Source: Alphaproteobacteria bacterium
Lineage (GTDB): Bacteria > Pseudomonadota > Alphaproteobacteria > SP197
Length of the DNA stretch: 64,000 nucleotides
Direction: 5' to 3'
Assembly: GCA_964291265.2 (NCBI GenBank)
Contig: OZ219747.1
Span: 2,528,001-2,592,000, forward strand
This document shows, in pieces, positions 1-9,825 of the stretch. Position numbers and translations under genes: made by a program. Below the pieces are notes generated by a model, which worked only from the letters and a program-made list of their open reading frames with translations, did no database searches and was not told the DNA's origin. Each line of letters begins with the position of its first letter. Within the stretch, counting starts at the first letter, position 1.

Positions 1-1
1 G

Positions 2-520
2 GCGGACTCCCTGGACCGAAACGACTTCATCGTCCGGCCCGGCGTACTCAACTACTTTGCCAACGGCGACTTGGGCGGCACCCTCAATGGCAGCGGCCGC
101 GGTGACGCGCTCTACGGCGGAGCTGGCGACGACATCCTCTACGCCGGGAACGGCAACGATTGGCTCAACGACTACGGCGGCGGCGACGACATCCTCCGAG
201 GCGGGAGCGGCGACGACACACTCTACGCCGGGGCCGGCGACGACACGCTGGTGGGCGGCAAGGGCACCGACACGCTGATGGGTGGCAAGGGCGCCGACCG
301 GTTCGTTTTCGACAACGAATCCGATACCGACCGCATCCGCGACTTCGAGGACGGGCAGGACATCATCGTTATCAGGGGTGGCCTGCAATTCTCCGATCTC
401 GATATCAAGCAAAGCGGCGACGACACCGTGATCGGTGACCCTGCCAACTCCTTCTCGATCGTGGTCGAGGGAATCCGGGCGGCGCAGCTGACCGAGGCCG
501 ATTTCGACTTCTTCGGCTGA
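2..520 (+). CDS. RTX/hemolysin-type Ca-binding repeat protein, 3' part (starts before window)
   Basis: GGxGxDxL nonapeptides (GGAGDDILY, GGSGDDTLY, GGKGADRF); C-terminus DRIRDFEDG...LTEADFDFFG typical of type I secretion substrates; frame open from base 2. Confidence 0.9.
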   Translation, partial: ADSLDRNDFIVRPGVLNYFANGDLGGTLNGSGRGDALYGGAGDDILYAGNGNDWLNDYGGGDDILRGGSGDDTLYAGAGDDTLVGGKGTDTLMGGKGADRFVFDNESDTDRIRDFEDGQDIIVIRGGLQFSDLDIKQSGDDTVIGDPANSFSIVVEGIRAAQLTEADFDFFG

Positions 521-589
521 GATGCATGGCCGCGAAGGCCGTCCTGCTGACGCGCCGTCCCGTCTTTCGGGGCATCGGCGAGGTTGCGC

Positions 590-745
590 CGCCGGCTGGA
601 GCGAGGGTCCTTGCCCTGCAGGACACCACGGCGCTGAATTCCAACGGAAACCGCAGGCCAGGAGGTTGGGGAATCTCGGCGGATAATGTGTTCGGTCACA
701 AGGTGATTGTTGGCGATTGTCATCGGTTGAGGATGTGTTTCCAGT
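590..745 (+). pseudogene. IS4 transposase remnant followed by a degenerate IS66 end
   Basis: RVLALQDTTALN matches the IS4 N2 motif (cf. VLAVQDTTMLNY near 33250); 684-740 resembles the IS66 end at 49263 (ggtgattgttgg...cggttgaggatg). Confidence 0.5.
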
Positions 746-790
746 GCTTGGCAGAGTGAGCTAAGGCTGCCTCGAGCTTCCTCGCTGACT

Positions 791-961
791 GAGCAAGTCC
801 CGTTCTCCATCAACCGGGCCGAGCGGGGCTGGGGAATCGGCGTCGCCGTCCATGGCTTCAGCGTGTTCGAGATCGTCAACCTGTTCGGCGACGAGTGGGA
901 AAGGCGGCAGGTCGCGAAGCGGCTCGCCAGGGCCCGTCCGGACCGCAACAGGGGCTCCTGA
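791..961 (+). pseudogene. 2TM-domain protein C-terminal fragment
   Basis: GWGIGVAVHGFSVF...GDEWERRQV resembles the 2TM family pattern; no start codon. Confidence 0.5.
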
Positions 962-1247
962 CCCGCAGGTTCCGGACGACAGCAGTGCGTCACCGACTCC
1001 GGTCCGATGGGCACCGATGGCCGTCTTCAGCCAGATGTCGTCAGCGTCCGTTGCAGACAGCGGGGCCCGGGCTCCGCCTGCGGCGGTGACGACGGCGAAG
1101 CGGGCGCGGAAGGCTCGGTGGACGCAGTCGGCGGGTTCGTGACCCTCGACTTCTCCGTGTCGGACACGAAGACCCGAACAATGGAACCCGGATCCGTCAT
1201 CTGCCTTGCTGCCGCGCCGACGTGATCACGCCGGAACGCTTGCTAGT

Positions 1248-3197
1248 CCGAAGTTCCGGACGATTTCAGCGGCAGAGTCACGATAACCGGTTGATTGTGT
1301 TGGCAAAATAGCGCGATGATGGCGCGAGAATGTTCCCATGTAACGGCGAAGTTTTCCCTTGACACGGTGGGCTTACGCCCCCATATACGTTGCCATGTAC
1401 GTAGACATCGTCCCCAACCGTAACTCACCCCCCGCCGTCCTCCTGCGAGAGGGATGGCGCGAGAACGGCAAGGTCAAGAAGCGCACCATCGCCAATCTCT
1501 CCTCCTGGCCCATGGAAAAGGTCGAGACCCTGCGGCGGTTCTTGAAGAACGAACCCCTCGTCGGTCGTGACGACGCCTTCGACATCGTCCGCTCCCTACC
1601 CCATGGGCATGTCGCCGCGGTGCTGGGAACCCTGAAGAAGCTGGGACTGGACAGGTTGATCGACCCGAAGCCCTCGCCTGAGCGCGATCAGGTCCTGGCC
1701 ATGATCGTGGCACGCATCCTCGAGCCCGCCTCGAAGCTGGCCACGGCCAGGGGGCTGGCCGAGGCCACGGCGGTCAGCACCCTGGGCGAGGTCCTCGATG
1801 CGGAGATGGACGAGGACGCCCTCTACGGCGCCATGGACTGGCTCCTGGAGCGTCAGGAGAGGATCGAGCGGTCCCTGGCGAAGCGGCGCCTCGAAGAGGG
1901 CTGCCTGGTGCTCTATGACCTGACCTCGGTATGGATGGAGGGGAGAGCGTGTCCCCTGGCCAGGAGGGGTCATTCCCGGGATGGCAAGAAGGGCAAGCTG
2001 CAGATCGAGTTCGGCCTTCTGTGCGATCGGGACGGCTGTCCAGTGTCGGTGGAAGTGTTCCCCGGCAACACGGCGGACCCCGGGACGGTGGCATCACAGA
2101 TCACCACGCTGCAGGAGCGCTTCTCCCTGGCGAAGGTGGTGCTGGTGGGAGACCGGGGGATGCTGACCGAGGCGCGCATACGCGAGGAGGTGAAGCCTGC
2201 GGGCCTGGACTGGATCAGCGCCTTGAGGGGACCGGCCATCCGCGCCCTTGTGGAGGCCGGCGACGTCGAGATGTCGCTCTTCGACGAGAGGGACCTGGTG
2301 GAGATCACCAGCGATGCGTATCCCGGCGAACGCCTCATGGTCTGCCGCAACCCCCTGCTGGCCGAGGACCGGGCCCGCAAGCGCCAGGAACTGCTCGAGG
2401 CCACCGAGGCCCTGCTTGAACCGATCGCAGCAGCGACACGGCGCGACAAGCGCCGTCTCAAGGGTGCCGACAAGATCGGGGAGCGGGTCGGCAAGGTCAT
2501 CGGTAAATACAAGATGGCGAAGCACTTCACGTGGTCCATCGACGACGAGGGTGTCTTCACCTATGGGCGCGATGAGGCTGCCATCGCCGCCGAGGCCAGG
2601 CTCGACGGCCTCTACGTGATCCGCACCAGCCTGCCGCAGAGCGAGCTCGACGGTCCCGGCACGGTGCGCGCCTACAAGCGGTTGAGTTCGGTGGAACGGG
2701 CCTTCCGCAGCCTGAAGACCGTGGATCTGAAGGTCCGTCCCGTCTACCACCGCACCGAACCCCGGGTCCGCGCCCATGTCTTCCTGTGCATGCTCGCCTA
2801 CTACGTGGAATGGCACATGCGCCAGAAACTGAAGCCCATGCTGTTCGACGACGAGGATGCCGAAGGCGCCGAGGCCCGGCGGCCGTCCGTCGTGGCGCCG
2901 GCAGAAGTCTCGGCGAGCGCCCGGGCCAAGGCGGCAACGAAGAGGACGCCCGGGGGTGATCCGGTGCACAGTTTCCGCACCCTCCTCGATGATCTCGCGA
3001 CCATCACCCGCAACACCGTGGCGCCCCGCCTTGCGGGCGCCCAACCCTTCCAGGTCACCACGCGGCCCACGCCGCTCCAGAAAAAGGCCCTGGACTACCT
3101 CGGCATACGCCTGCAGCGTTCCCAGTAGCAACACACCCGATTTTTTCAAACGTCAATACATTCATAACGATACGTCTGATCGGTTCTGGAACTTCGG
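1248..3197 (+). mobile_element. IS1634-family element, copy 1
   Basis: IRs CCGAAGTTCC...GGAACTTCGG; 6-bp TSD GCTAGT at 1242-1247 and 3198-3203. Confidence 0.93.
1395..3128 (+). CDS. IS1634-family DDE transposase
   Basis: LYDLTS, GHSRDGK, VGDRGM, VERAFRSLK, RVRAHVFLCMLAY motifs. Confidence 0.93.
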   Translation: MYVDIVPNRNSPPAVLLREGWRENGKVKKRTIANLSSWPMEKVETLRRFLKNEPLVGRDDAFDIVRSLPHGHVAAVLGTLKKLGLDRLIDPKPSPERDQVLAMIVARILEPASKLATARGLAEATAVSTLGEVLDAEMDEDALYGAMDWLLERQERIERSLAKRRLEEGCLVLYDLTSVWMEGRACPLARRGHSRDGKKGKLQIEFGLLCDRDGCPVSVEVFPGNTADPGTVASQITTLQERFSLAKVVLVGDRGMLTEARIREEVKPAGLDWISALRGPAIRALVEAGDVEMSLFDERDLVEITSDAYPGERLMVCRNPLLAEDRARKRQELLEATEALLEPIAAATRRDKRRLKGADKIGERVGKVIGKYKMAKHFTWSIDDEGVFTYGRDEAAIAAEARLDGLYVIRTSLPQSELDGPGTVRAYKRLSSVERAFRSLKTVDLKVRPVYHRTEPRVRAHVFLCMLAYYVEWHMRQKLKPMLFDDEDAEGAEARRPSVVAPAEVSASARAKAATKRTPGGDPVHSFRTLLDDLATITRNTVAPRLAGAQPFQVTTRPTPLQKKALDYLGIRLQRSQ

Positions 3198-3198
3198 G

Positions 3199-4035
3199 CT
3201 AGTCGATTCCGAAAGCCTTGAGGATCGCGGCCGCATCCGGTCCGGCGAGGGCCGACCACTCGGCGGACATGGTGGCGCCGATGGCGGCGAGATCGGCAGC
3301 GAGTTGCTGGCCGGGGGCACGAACGACCATGCCGTTGGCCGCGAGTTGCGCCCGGTACCAGTCGGTCAGCTCCCGCGCTCTTGCGGTGCCAGCCACTTCC
3401 GCCAGCAGCGTGGCGGCACGCAGGCAGTTTCGGGCATGGTCACCCAGGGCATCGAACCCGTCCTGGTTCACGAGCATGTAGTTGCGCGGTAACCAGCCCT
3501 GAACATCGTAGAAATAACTCAGGTGTTCCCAGACCTTCCGACAGTCGAAACCGGTTGCGGCGGACGAGACGAAGGCTTCCGCCCTTCCGGTCGTCAGCGC
3601 CTGGATGAGTTCGGTTGCTTCGATCCGCACCGGCACCATGCCTGCCAGTTCGGCCAGTTGCGAGGTGGCGGCGTTGTACGTGCGGAACCTGATCCCTGCC
3701 ATGTCAGGGATACCGGTGACTTCCCTGTTGAAATAGAGACCCTGTGGCGGCCACGGCACCGCATAGAGCAGGATCATGTTCTGCTCGGAGAGAACCTCTT
3801 CAAGCTTGTCCCTGGCAGCCCTCCACAGCCGATCGGATGCCTCGAACGACGAGGCCAGGAATGGCACCGAATCGAATCCGAACAGCGGATTCTCGTCCTG
3901 GTGGGCGCTCAGCAGGCGTTCGCCGATGGGCACCTGGCCGGTCTGCACGGCCTGCTTGATCTCGTTGCCCTTGAAGAGCGAACCGCCGCCGTGAACGACG
4001 ATCTCGAGTTCGCCGCCTGTGCACACACCCACGGC
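3199..4035 (-). pseudogene. dctP: TRAP substrate-binding protein, 3' part (5' part at 22370-22505)
   Basis: GGELEIVVHGGGSLF, VPWPPQGLY, FRTYN motifs; cut by the IS4 nest. Confidence 0.85.
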
Positions 4036-4060
4036 CTGCCCATCGGACACATTTCGCGCT

Positions 4061-6154
4061 CAGGGCTTTTCTTTTGTCGTCCCGGCGCTCGGCGCACGCA
4101 GGATTCTGGGGGTGGACATCCCGTTTTCGCTGTGGCAGTGTGCCGGCATGACGACGCTTGCGACCCCGGATTCCCCTATCGACCTTCGCGAGGTGACGGT
4201 GCGCCCGACCCGTGGCGCACGTGAGCACCGGCTCTGGGATCGTCTGGTCAAGGAGCATCACTACCTGCGGTTTCACGGCATCATCGGCAAGGGCCTGCGC
4301 CATGTCGCCCTGCACGGCGAGACCTGGGTGGCGCTGGTTGGCTGGCAGCCGGGCTCGTTCAAGCTTGCTGCACGCGACCGCTGGATTGGCTGGACTGCGG
4401 AGCAGCAGTTCCGCCGCCTGCATCTGATCGCGAACAATTCCCGGTTCGTCATTCTTGGCCCGAGAGGGGTGCCGAACCTGGCGTCCCGCGTGCTCGGCCT
4501 GAGCCTTCGGCGGCTGTCCGCCGACATCGAGGCCGCGCACGGATACCCAGTGTTCCTCGCGGAGACGTTCGTCGACATCAAGCGCTTCGCCGGAACCTGC
4601 TATCGCGCGGCGAACTGGCGCTCGCTGGGATTGACGCGCGGCTTCGGTCGCAAGCCCGGCGGCGCCGCACGCTTCCGTCACCACGGCCAGCCCAAGGAGA
4701 TCTTCATGTACGAACTGACCGACGGCGCCGCCGAGGCGCTGAGCCGGGACGCGATCCCGGAGAGCTGGAACGCGGAGCAGCACGACCAAGCCGGACCGAT
4801 GGCCGCGTCCGGGCTGCGCAGTCTGTTCGCCTGCCTGGGCGAGGTGCCCGAGTGCCGCAAGCCCCGGGGCAAGCGCTATCCGCTGAGAACCATTCTCGCG
4901 ATCGCCGTCGCAGCCCGGCTCGCCGGCTACCGCGGCGTGAGCGCATTCGCTCAGTTCGCCGCCCTGCTCACCCAGGAACAGCTGGCGGCGGTGGGTGCGT
5001 TCTACAGCCCGTCGAAGAAGCGCTACACGGCGCCCACGTCCACAACCTTCCACAGCATCCTCGCCAACCTGCCGCCCGAGACCCTGGACCACGCCATCGG
5101 CCTGTGGACGGCCCAGCAGGCCGGTGCAGACACACCGCTCGCCATGGACGGCAAGGACATCCGCGGCGCCTCCAAGCAGACCAAAAACGGGCGGCGGATG
5201 ATGGTCGCAGCGGTCGAGCACGGAACCGGCATGGTCCTCGGCCAGGTCGAGGTCGACGCGAAGAGCAACGAGATCCCCGCCGTGCGGGACCTCGCCAGCA
5301 GCATCGACGTCACGGGCCGCATCGTCACCCTGGACGCGATGCACGCTCAGCACGAGACCGCGCAACGGCTTCTCGAGCGCCGCGCCGACTATGTCATCAC
5401 GGCGATCAAGGATAACCAGGAGACCATGCTCGACGACCTCAAGGCCATCGACTTCAAGGGCGCGGCTTCGTTCGAGACACTCGACAAGGGGCACGGACGC
5501 ATCGAGCGCCGCCGCTGTGCCGTGGTCGACATCTCCGGCGCCGAGTGGGACGGCTACGCCGCTCTCCACGGTCGCCACCAAGCCATCCGCATCGAGCGCG
5601 AACGCGAGATCTGCAAGACCAAAGAACGCAGTGTCGAGACCACCTGGTGCCTCACCTCGCTCGCTCCCGAACGCGCCGGACCCGAGATGCTTCTGGCCCT
5701 CGTGCGCGACCACTGGGTCATCGAAAATCGACTCCACTACGTACGCGACTTCACCTACGACGAGGACCGCTGCAGGGTCCATGTGCGCCATCTGCCACGC
5801 AACCTCTCCTGCCTGACAAACGCCGCCATCGCCATCGTGCGCTGCGGCGGACATTTCGACTATATGCCCGAAGCCAACCGGCACTACGCCGCTCGCGCCC
5901 AGGACGCGCTCGACGCTATCCTCATCCCGCCCGGCGGATGAACCTTCGCTCCTGACCCCGCGCCACAAGCCGGGAACGCGCCGCCTGACGGCGCAACAGG
6001 ACAGTTCTGCTCGCACACTCGAAAAAACGTGCCTGCGAGCCCTGATGCACCAGCAGTGCCCACTGAAACCAGCCCACAGTGAACCCGGGCGCCTCAGTCA
6101 TGCCAGGTCCCTGTCACATCAACAATCCACAGGACTGAAAAAAGAATGGTCCTG
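4061..6154 (+). mobile_element. ISAs1-family element, copy 1
   Basis: Ends CAGGGCTTTTCTTTT / AAAAAGAATGGTCCTG; 10-bp TSD ATTTCGCGCT at 4051-4060 and 6155-6164. Confidence 0.93.
4148..5941 (+). CDS. DUF4338 (DruA-like) domain fused to ISAs1 transposase
   Basis: N-term HHYL, NNSRF, NLASRVL, GTCYRAANW; C-term AMDGK, KSNEIPA, TLDAMH, GHGRIERR, HWVIENRLHYVRD. Confidence 0.9.
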   Translation: MTTLATPDSPIDLREVTVRPTRGAREHRLWDRLVKEHHYLRFHGIIGKGLRHVALHGETWVALVGWQPGSFKLAARDRWIGWTAEQQFRRLHLIANNSRFVILGPRGVPNLASRVLGLSLRRLSADIEAAHGYPVFLAETFVDIKRFAGTCYRAANWRSLGLTRGFGRKPGGAARFRHHGQPKEIFMYELTDGAAEALSRDAIPESWNAEQHDQAGPMAASGLRSLFACLGEVPECRKPRGKRYPLRTILAIAVAARLAGYRGVSAFAQFAALLTQEQLAAVGAFYSPSKKRYTAPTSTTFHSILANLPPETLDHAIGLWTAQQAGADTPLAMDGKDIRGASKQTKNGRRMMVAAVEHGTGMVLGQVEVDAKSNEIPAVRDLASSIDVTGRIVTLDAMHAQHETAQRLLERRADYVITAIKDNQETMLDDLKAIDFKGAASFETLDKGHGRIERRRCAVVDISGAEWDGYAALHGRHQAIRIEREREICKTKERSVETTWCLTSLAPERAGPEMLLALVRDHWVIENRLHYVRDFTYDEDRCRVHVRHLPRNLSCLTNAAIAIVRCGGHFDYMPEANRHYAARAQDALDAILIPPGG

Positions 6155-6187
6155 ATTTCGCGCTCGACTCGCTGATTCCTTCGCGCT

Positions 6188-6784
6188 ATGGTCGGCCGCA
6201 TGGACGACCCTGTTTCGATTCCCAGCGCGCTTTCCTCGCCACAAGGCATGGCGAAGTTGTCGCGGATTCTGGCGCAGCCGGAGGTCTCACGTGCCGAGAT
6301 CGGCCGCAGGGTATGCGACGCTTTCGGCTTTGTTGACTTTCGCGGGTGACCGCAGGTCACGAGTTGCCTTTGTTGCCCTTCGCCGTCTTGAGCGGGCGGG
6401 CAGGATCGTTCTTCCTTCGCCCCGCCGTGGCGGCGGCCGGGGTGCCGTGGCTCGCAGGGAGGTGGCGGTTGCCGAGCCTGTGGGCCTTCCGGCGAGTGCC
6501 GGTGCGGCCTGAGGGCCTTGAGCTTGTCCGGGTCGAGGGATCGGAGCTTCGTCTGATCTTCAACGAGCTGATGGCGTCGGAGCATCCGCGCAGCGCCCGT
6601 CTTCACGTCGGCCGTCAGCTGCGCTACCTGATCGGATCGTCGCATGGCTGGCTCGGCGGGTTCCTGTTTGCTCCGGCGACGCGGGTCCTGGCGGCGCGGG
6701 ATGCCTGGCTTGGCTGGGACGATGCGAGCCGCGAGCGGCATCTCGACGAGGTGATCGGTCTGGCGCGATTCCTGATCCGTCCGT
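6188..6784 (+). pseudogene. IS4 transposase 5' part (DUF4338-like domain), frameshifted
   Basis: GRQLRYLIGS, AARDAWLGW, RFLIRP; continues at about 20600. Confidence 0.75.
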
Positions 6785-7039
6785 AGATGCCATCATAACA
6801 CCCCATCTCGCTTCAGGGTTGATTTATAACGATTTTCCATTTCGCCTCCTGTGTCAACGGCGTTTTGCCCCGCGTTTTTGCCCCGGTTCGCGGAAGATCG
6901 TCCTTCCCGATGTCTGCCGGCCCCCATGTCTGGCAAGGTTTTTGCGGGTATTCGGGGTGATGTGTTCTGTGGTTGTCCACGTGCGGTCCGAGGTTCCGCC
7001 TTGCCCTGCGAGCGAGGCGACATGCAGCCTGTGGTTCCG

Positions 7040-7258
7040 GCGGCATGAGCGGGTTGCCGTCCATTGACCACGGTAACGTTACCGATGAGTGCGGCCACCT
7101 TGCCGCCAGCGTTCCCGGGCATGGTAACGTTACCGTGGTCAAGGGGGTTCCAGGTGTCATGTGTCCCGGCGGCATGAGCGGGGCCACCTTGCCGCCCAGC
7201 GTCCCCGGGCATGGTAACGTTACCGTGGTCAAGGTGGTCCCAGGTGCCATGGGTCCCG
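7040..7258. repeat. 90-bp direct repeat with three GGTAACGTTACC palindromes
   Basis: Palindrome at 7072, 7123 and 7213; cccgggcatggtaacgttaccgtggtcaagg duplicated at 90-bp spacing. Confidence 0.85.
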
Positions 7259-7262
7259 TCCA

Positions 7263-7529
7263 CTAGCCGCGCGGCGGTTCGATGTCCTCAAGGGCCTCGA
7301 TGTCGGCCTCGACGATGATCTGCAGACGTTCTCCGCCAGCCGTGTCGCGCAGGGAGTCGGGGAGACTGTCGAGACAGTCCTGATCATGCTCCTGCCATGC
7401 ACCGAGCTCGGCCACCGCATCGCGCCAGCGTTGCGCACGGGAGCGGCACTCGCAGGACTTTCGCTGGTGGACGGCAGGGATGCCGTATCTCTCGGCCTGC
7501 TCCGGATCACGGGGATGGAACCCGGTCAT
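7263..7529 (-). pseudogene. Small MGE accessory protein (homologue of 36319-36639), degenerate N-terminus
   Basis: QRWRDAVAEL...LDSLPDSLRDT...ERLQ...ADIEALEDIEPPRG aligns with the small ORF of the IS21-like element. Confidence 0.7.
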
Positions 7530-7570
7530 GCAAGCCGTTGCACGGGCGGCCATGCAGCCTCGCAGGGCGG

Positions 7571-8587
7571 TCACAACTCGAACTCGCCCTGGTTCGGGTC
7601 CGCGTCGGCGACGCTCCGGCAGCCGGACAGCGCCGCGACGACCCGAGGGGCCTCGAGATCCGCCGCTGCGATGGCCCAGGGCGCCCCGGTGCAGACCTGC
7701 CGTGCGGGCAGGATGCCCGTCCGGATCAGCCGGCGCACGACCGAGGGATCGACGCCGAGCTGCGCCGAGGCCTCGCCGAGGGACAGTTCGCCGCGCTCCT
7801 GGCGTTCGCCCTCGCGGTATCCCGGAATGCCGCGACGGGAACGGAAGACGCGCACCCGAACCCGGTTCCAGCCGTTGCCCTTGGTCGTCTTGCGGCCCAT
7901 GAGGTTGAGAAGCCGGGCCATCTGCTCGTCGGGCAGCTGCCGGGCCAGTCCGGCGACCAGGTCCTCGACCTCCTTGTCGGACGTATAGCGATGCTCGCCG
8001 GTACGGAAGCGCTTCACCTCGATCTCGGTATGGTCGCCGCCGCGCCAGTGCAGAAGCAGGTGCACCGTGTCCTGTCGCATGCTGGCGGTGATCTCCACCA
8101 GGGCCGCGCGCAGGATGTTCTTGCGCAGCTGCGGCGTTGCGGCCTCATGGGACCATGCGCGCTCCAGGTCGGCCCCCAGAGCCAGAAAGGCGTCACGGTC
8201 TGCGCACCCCGCTTCTCGCGCCTCGCGGGTCGCCTCGAGCGCCCGAAGCTGCTCCTCGCGCTCGCAGACCTCGGCCAGGCAGGCCTCCCACCGCGCCGCC
8301 AGGTTGTGGAGAATGTTGTGGTTGCCGGGATCAACCGCGTCGAACTGTGCCTGCGCACGACCGGCCTTGTACCGGGCTTCCTCCAGCGCCGAGGCGGCGA
8401 GTCTGATCCGTGCCGACGTATCGTCGCCGCGCCGCTCGAACGCCTCCAGCGCGGCAGCCACGCCAAGGGGCTGCGCCGCAGCGAGAACGGCCGCGCTCAC
8501 GGCCCCGTCGACCCGTACGCCGCCGAAGCCAATGCAGGTGCTGCCCCCCGTGACGACGTCACCCGGACATTGGTAGCGGTGCGACGT
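7571..8587 (-). pseudogene. Large serine recombinase, 3' half
   Basis: YQC...C zinc ribbon, coiled coil, VDPGNH, LHWRGGDHT, C-terminal HTH; joins 19097-20139 in frame (685 codons). Confidence 0.85.
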
Positions 8588-8732
8588 TAAGCGTTTGCGC
8601 GATTTTTGACGTGGATTCCGTCGGTTTTGCTTGAATTGTCTGCTGGTCTGGGGTGATTGCCCCTCGACCGACTTGCAAGAAGTCGGCCGAGGGGCTTGTC
8701 TCCGTGACGGTGAGATCACCGGAGGCCAGTCA

Positions 8733-8838
8733 ATGTCGCACGTTTCCTTCCCGGGTCCCATACTTTCCTGCGCTCATGTCTGGCCTCTCCTTGAGAGGAT
8801 TGATGCGGCCGAGGCGGAGCGCTGCCGCCTGGAGGGAT
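8733..8838 (+). pseudogene. Zn-finger accessory protein of the transposon, 5' part
   Basis: LLERIDAAEAERCRLEG continues in frame as CPHCGGRLH after the IS21-like element (205 codons joined). Confidence 0.8.
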
Positions 8839-9262
8839 TGTTGATGGCTGCATAGAACGGCGGGATTTCGGCGATTTGCCGCGCTTTGTCAGGGTCGTGT
8901 TTCTTCCCTGTTGTCAGGTCCTATTGTCACGTCCTGTTGTCGTGGTTTGAGTGTTCGGCTGGTTGTCTCCCCGAGCGCCGCCGTCTTTTCCTATTGTCGT
9001 TTTGGTCCGGTTCGGGTTCCGTCGACCTCTGCTTCGGTCTTGGTGACGGTTGCCGGGAGGGTTCCGGTTCCGAGGCACTCGCGGGATTGTTTGTCTTCCC
9101 TGTGGGCGGGTCGCGTTGTCCGGTCCCGGGGCGGCGTTTTTGCCGCCGCCCCGGGTGGATGCTAGATCGGCATCAAGAGAAAGAGCGATGCGATGCCGGG
9201 CGGAGTTGTGACGCCCCCCGGCGCAGCACCCGGACGAGCCGGTCACGGGGGACCGAACTCCC

Positions 9263-9793
9263 GTGTATTGTCGAGCCATTTTGCGTCCGGGTCCACCCCC
9301 GCTCTCGAGACGGATCGTGTGCACGACGGGACGACTGTTCAACTGCAAGCGGTGTCAGCGGCAGGTTGTTCTCTGCCGGTCGTGTGACCGGGGGCATGTG
9401 TATTGCTCCAAGGAGTGCAGGGAATCGTCCCGGATCGAGCGGCGCCGCGCGTCGCGTCGTCGCTACCAGAGCACGCTGAAGGGCCGTGAGACGGGCCGTC
9501 ACCGCCAGCGGCGTTATCGGCTCCGCAAGGCGGAGGAGGCGCGTGCGTTGAAGGCCAGGGCGGCGATGGTTGCCGAGATCATGGGCACGCAGACGTCTGC
9601 TGTGGTGCTGCTTGGCGACGTTCCGGCGGTGTCTGGAGACGCCGGTTCTGAAGAAATCGTTACGGACCACCCTTCCCGACTGCTGCCGACCTCCCTACCT
9701 GCGGTTGTGAAGGCGCGAGAGCGGCGCGAATCGCCGCTTCGGTGCGCCCGGTGCGGACGGGTCGTGACGCATGTGGTGCTGAGGGACCTGTGA
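9263..9793 (+). CDS. Cys-rich, basic accessory protein upstream of istA
   Basis: CxxC...CxxCDRGHVYCSxxC, RRRYQ...RQRRYR, C-terminal CARC; start uncertain. Confidence 0.7.
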   Translation: MYCRAILRPGPPPLSRRIVCTTGRLFNCKRCQRQVVLCRSCDRGHVYCSKECRESSRIERRRASRRRYQSTLKGRETGRHRQRRYRLRKAEEARALKARAAMVAEIMGTQTSAVVLLGDVPAVSGDAGSEEIVTDHPSRLLPTSLPAVVKARERRESPLRCARCGRVVTHVVLRDL

Positions 9794-9825
9794 TGCGGCG
9801 TTGAGGAACCAAAGGGAGGGAGTTC

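Noticed and set aside
4148-4760. Druantia defence system
   Set aside because: DUF4338 domains are transposase-linked and no DruE-like helicase is present
3800-6016. Long antisense and alternate-frame ORFs (also 9514-11157, 19261-20652, 28530-30614, 41721-43667)
   Set aside because: Shadow ORFs of GC-rich genes with no motifs, fully overlapping well-supported CDSs
7040-7258. Possible CRISPR mini-array
   Set aside because: Irregular spacing, intervening sequence is itself repeated, no cas genes
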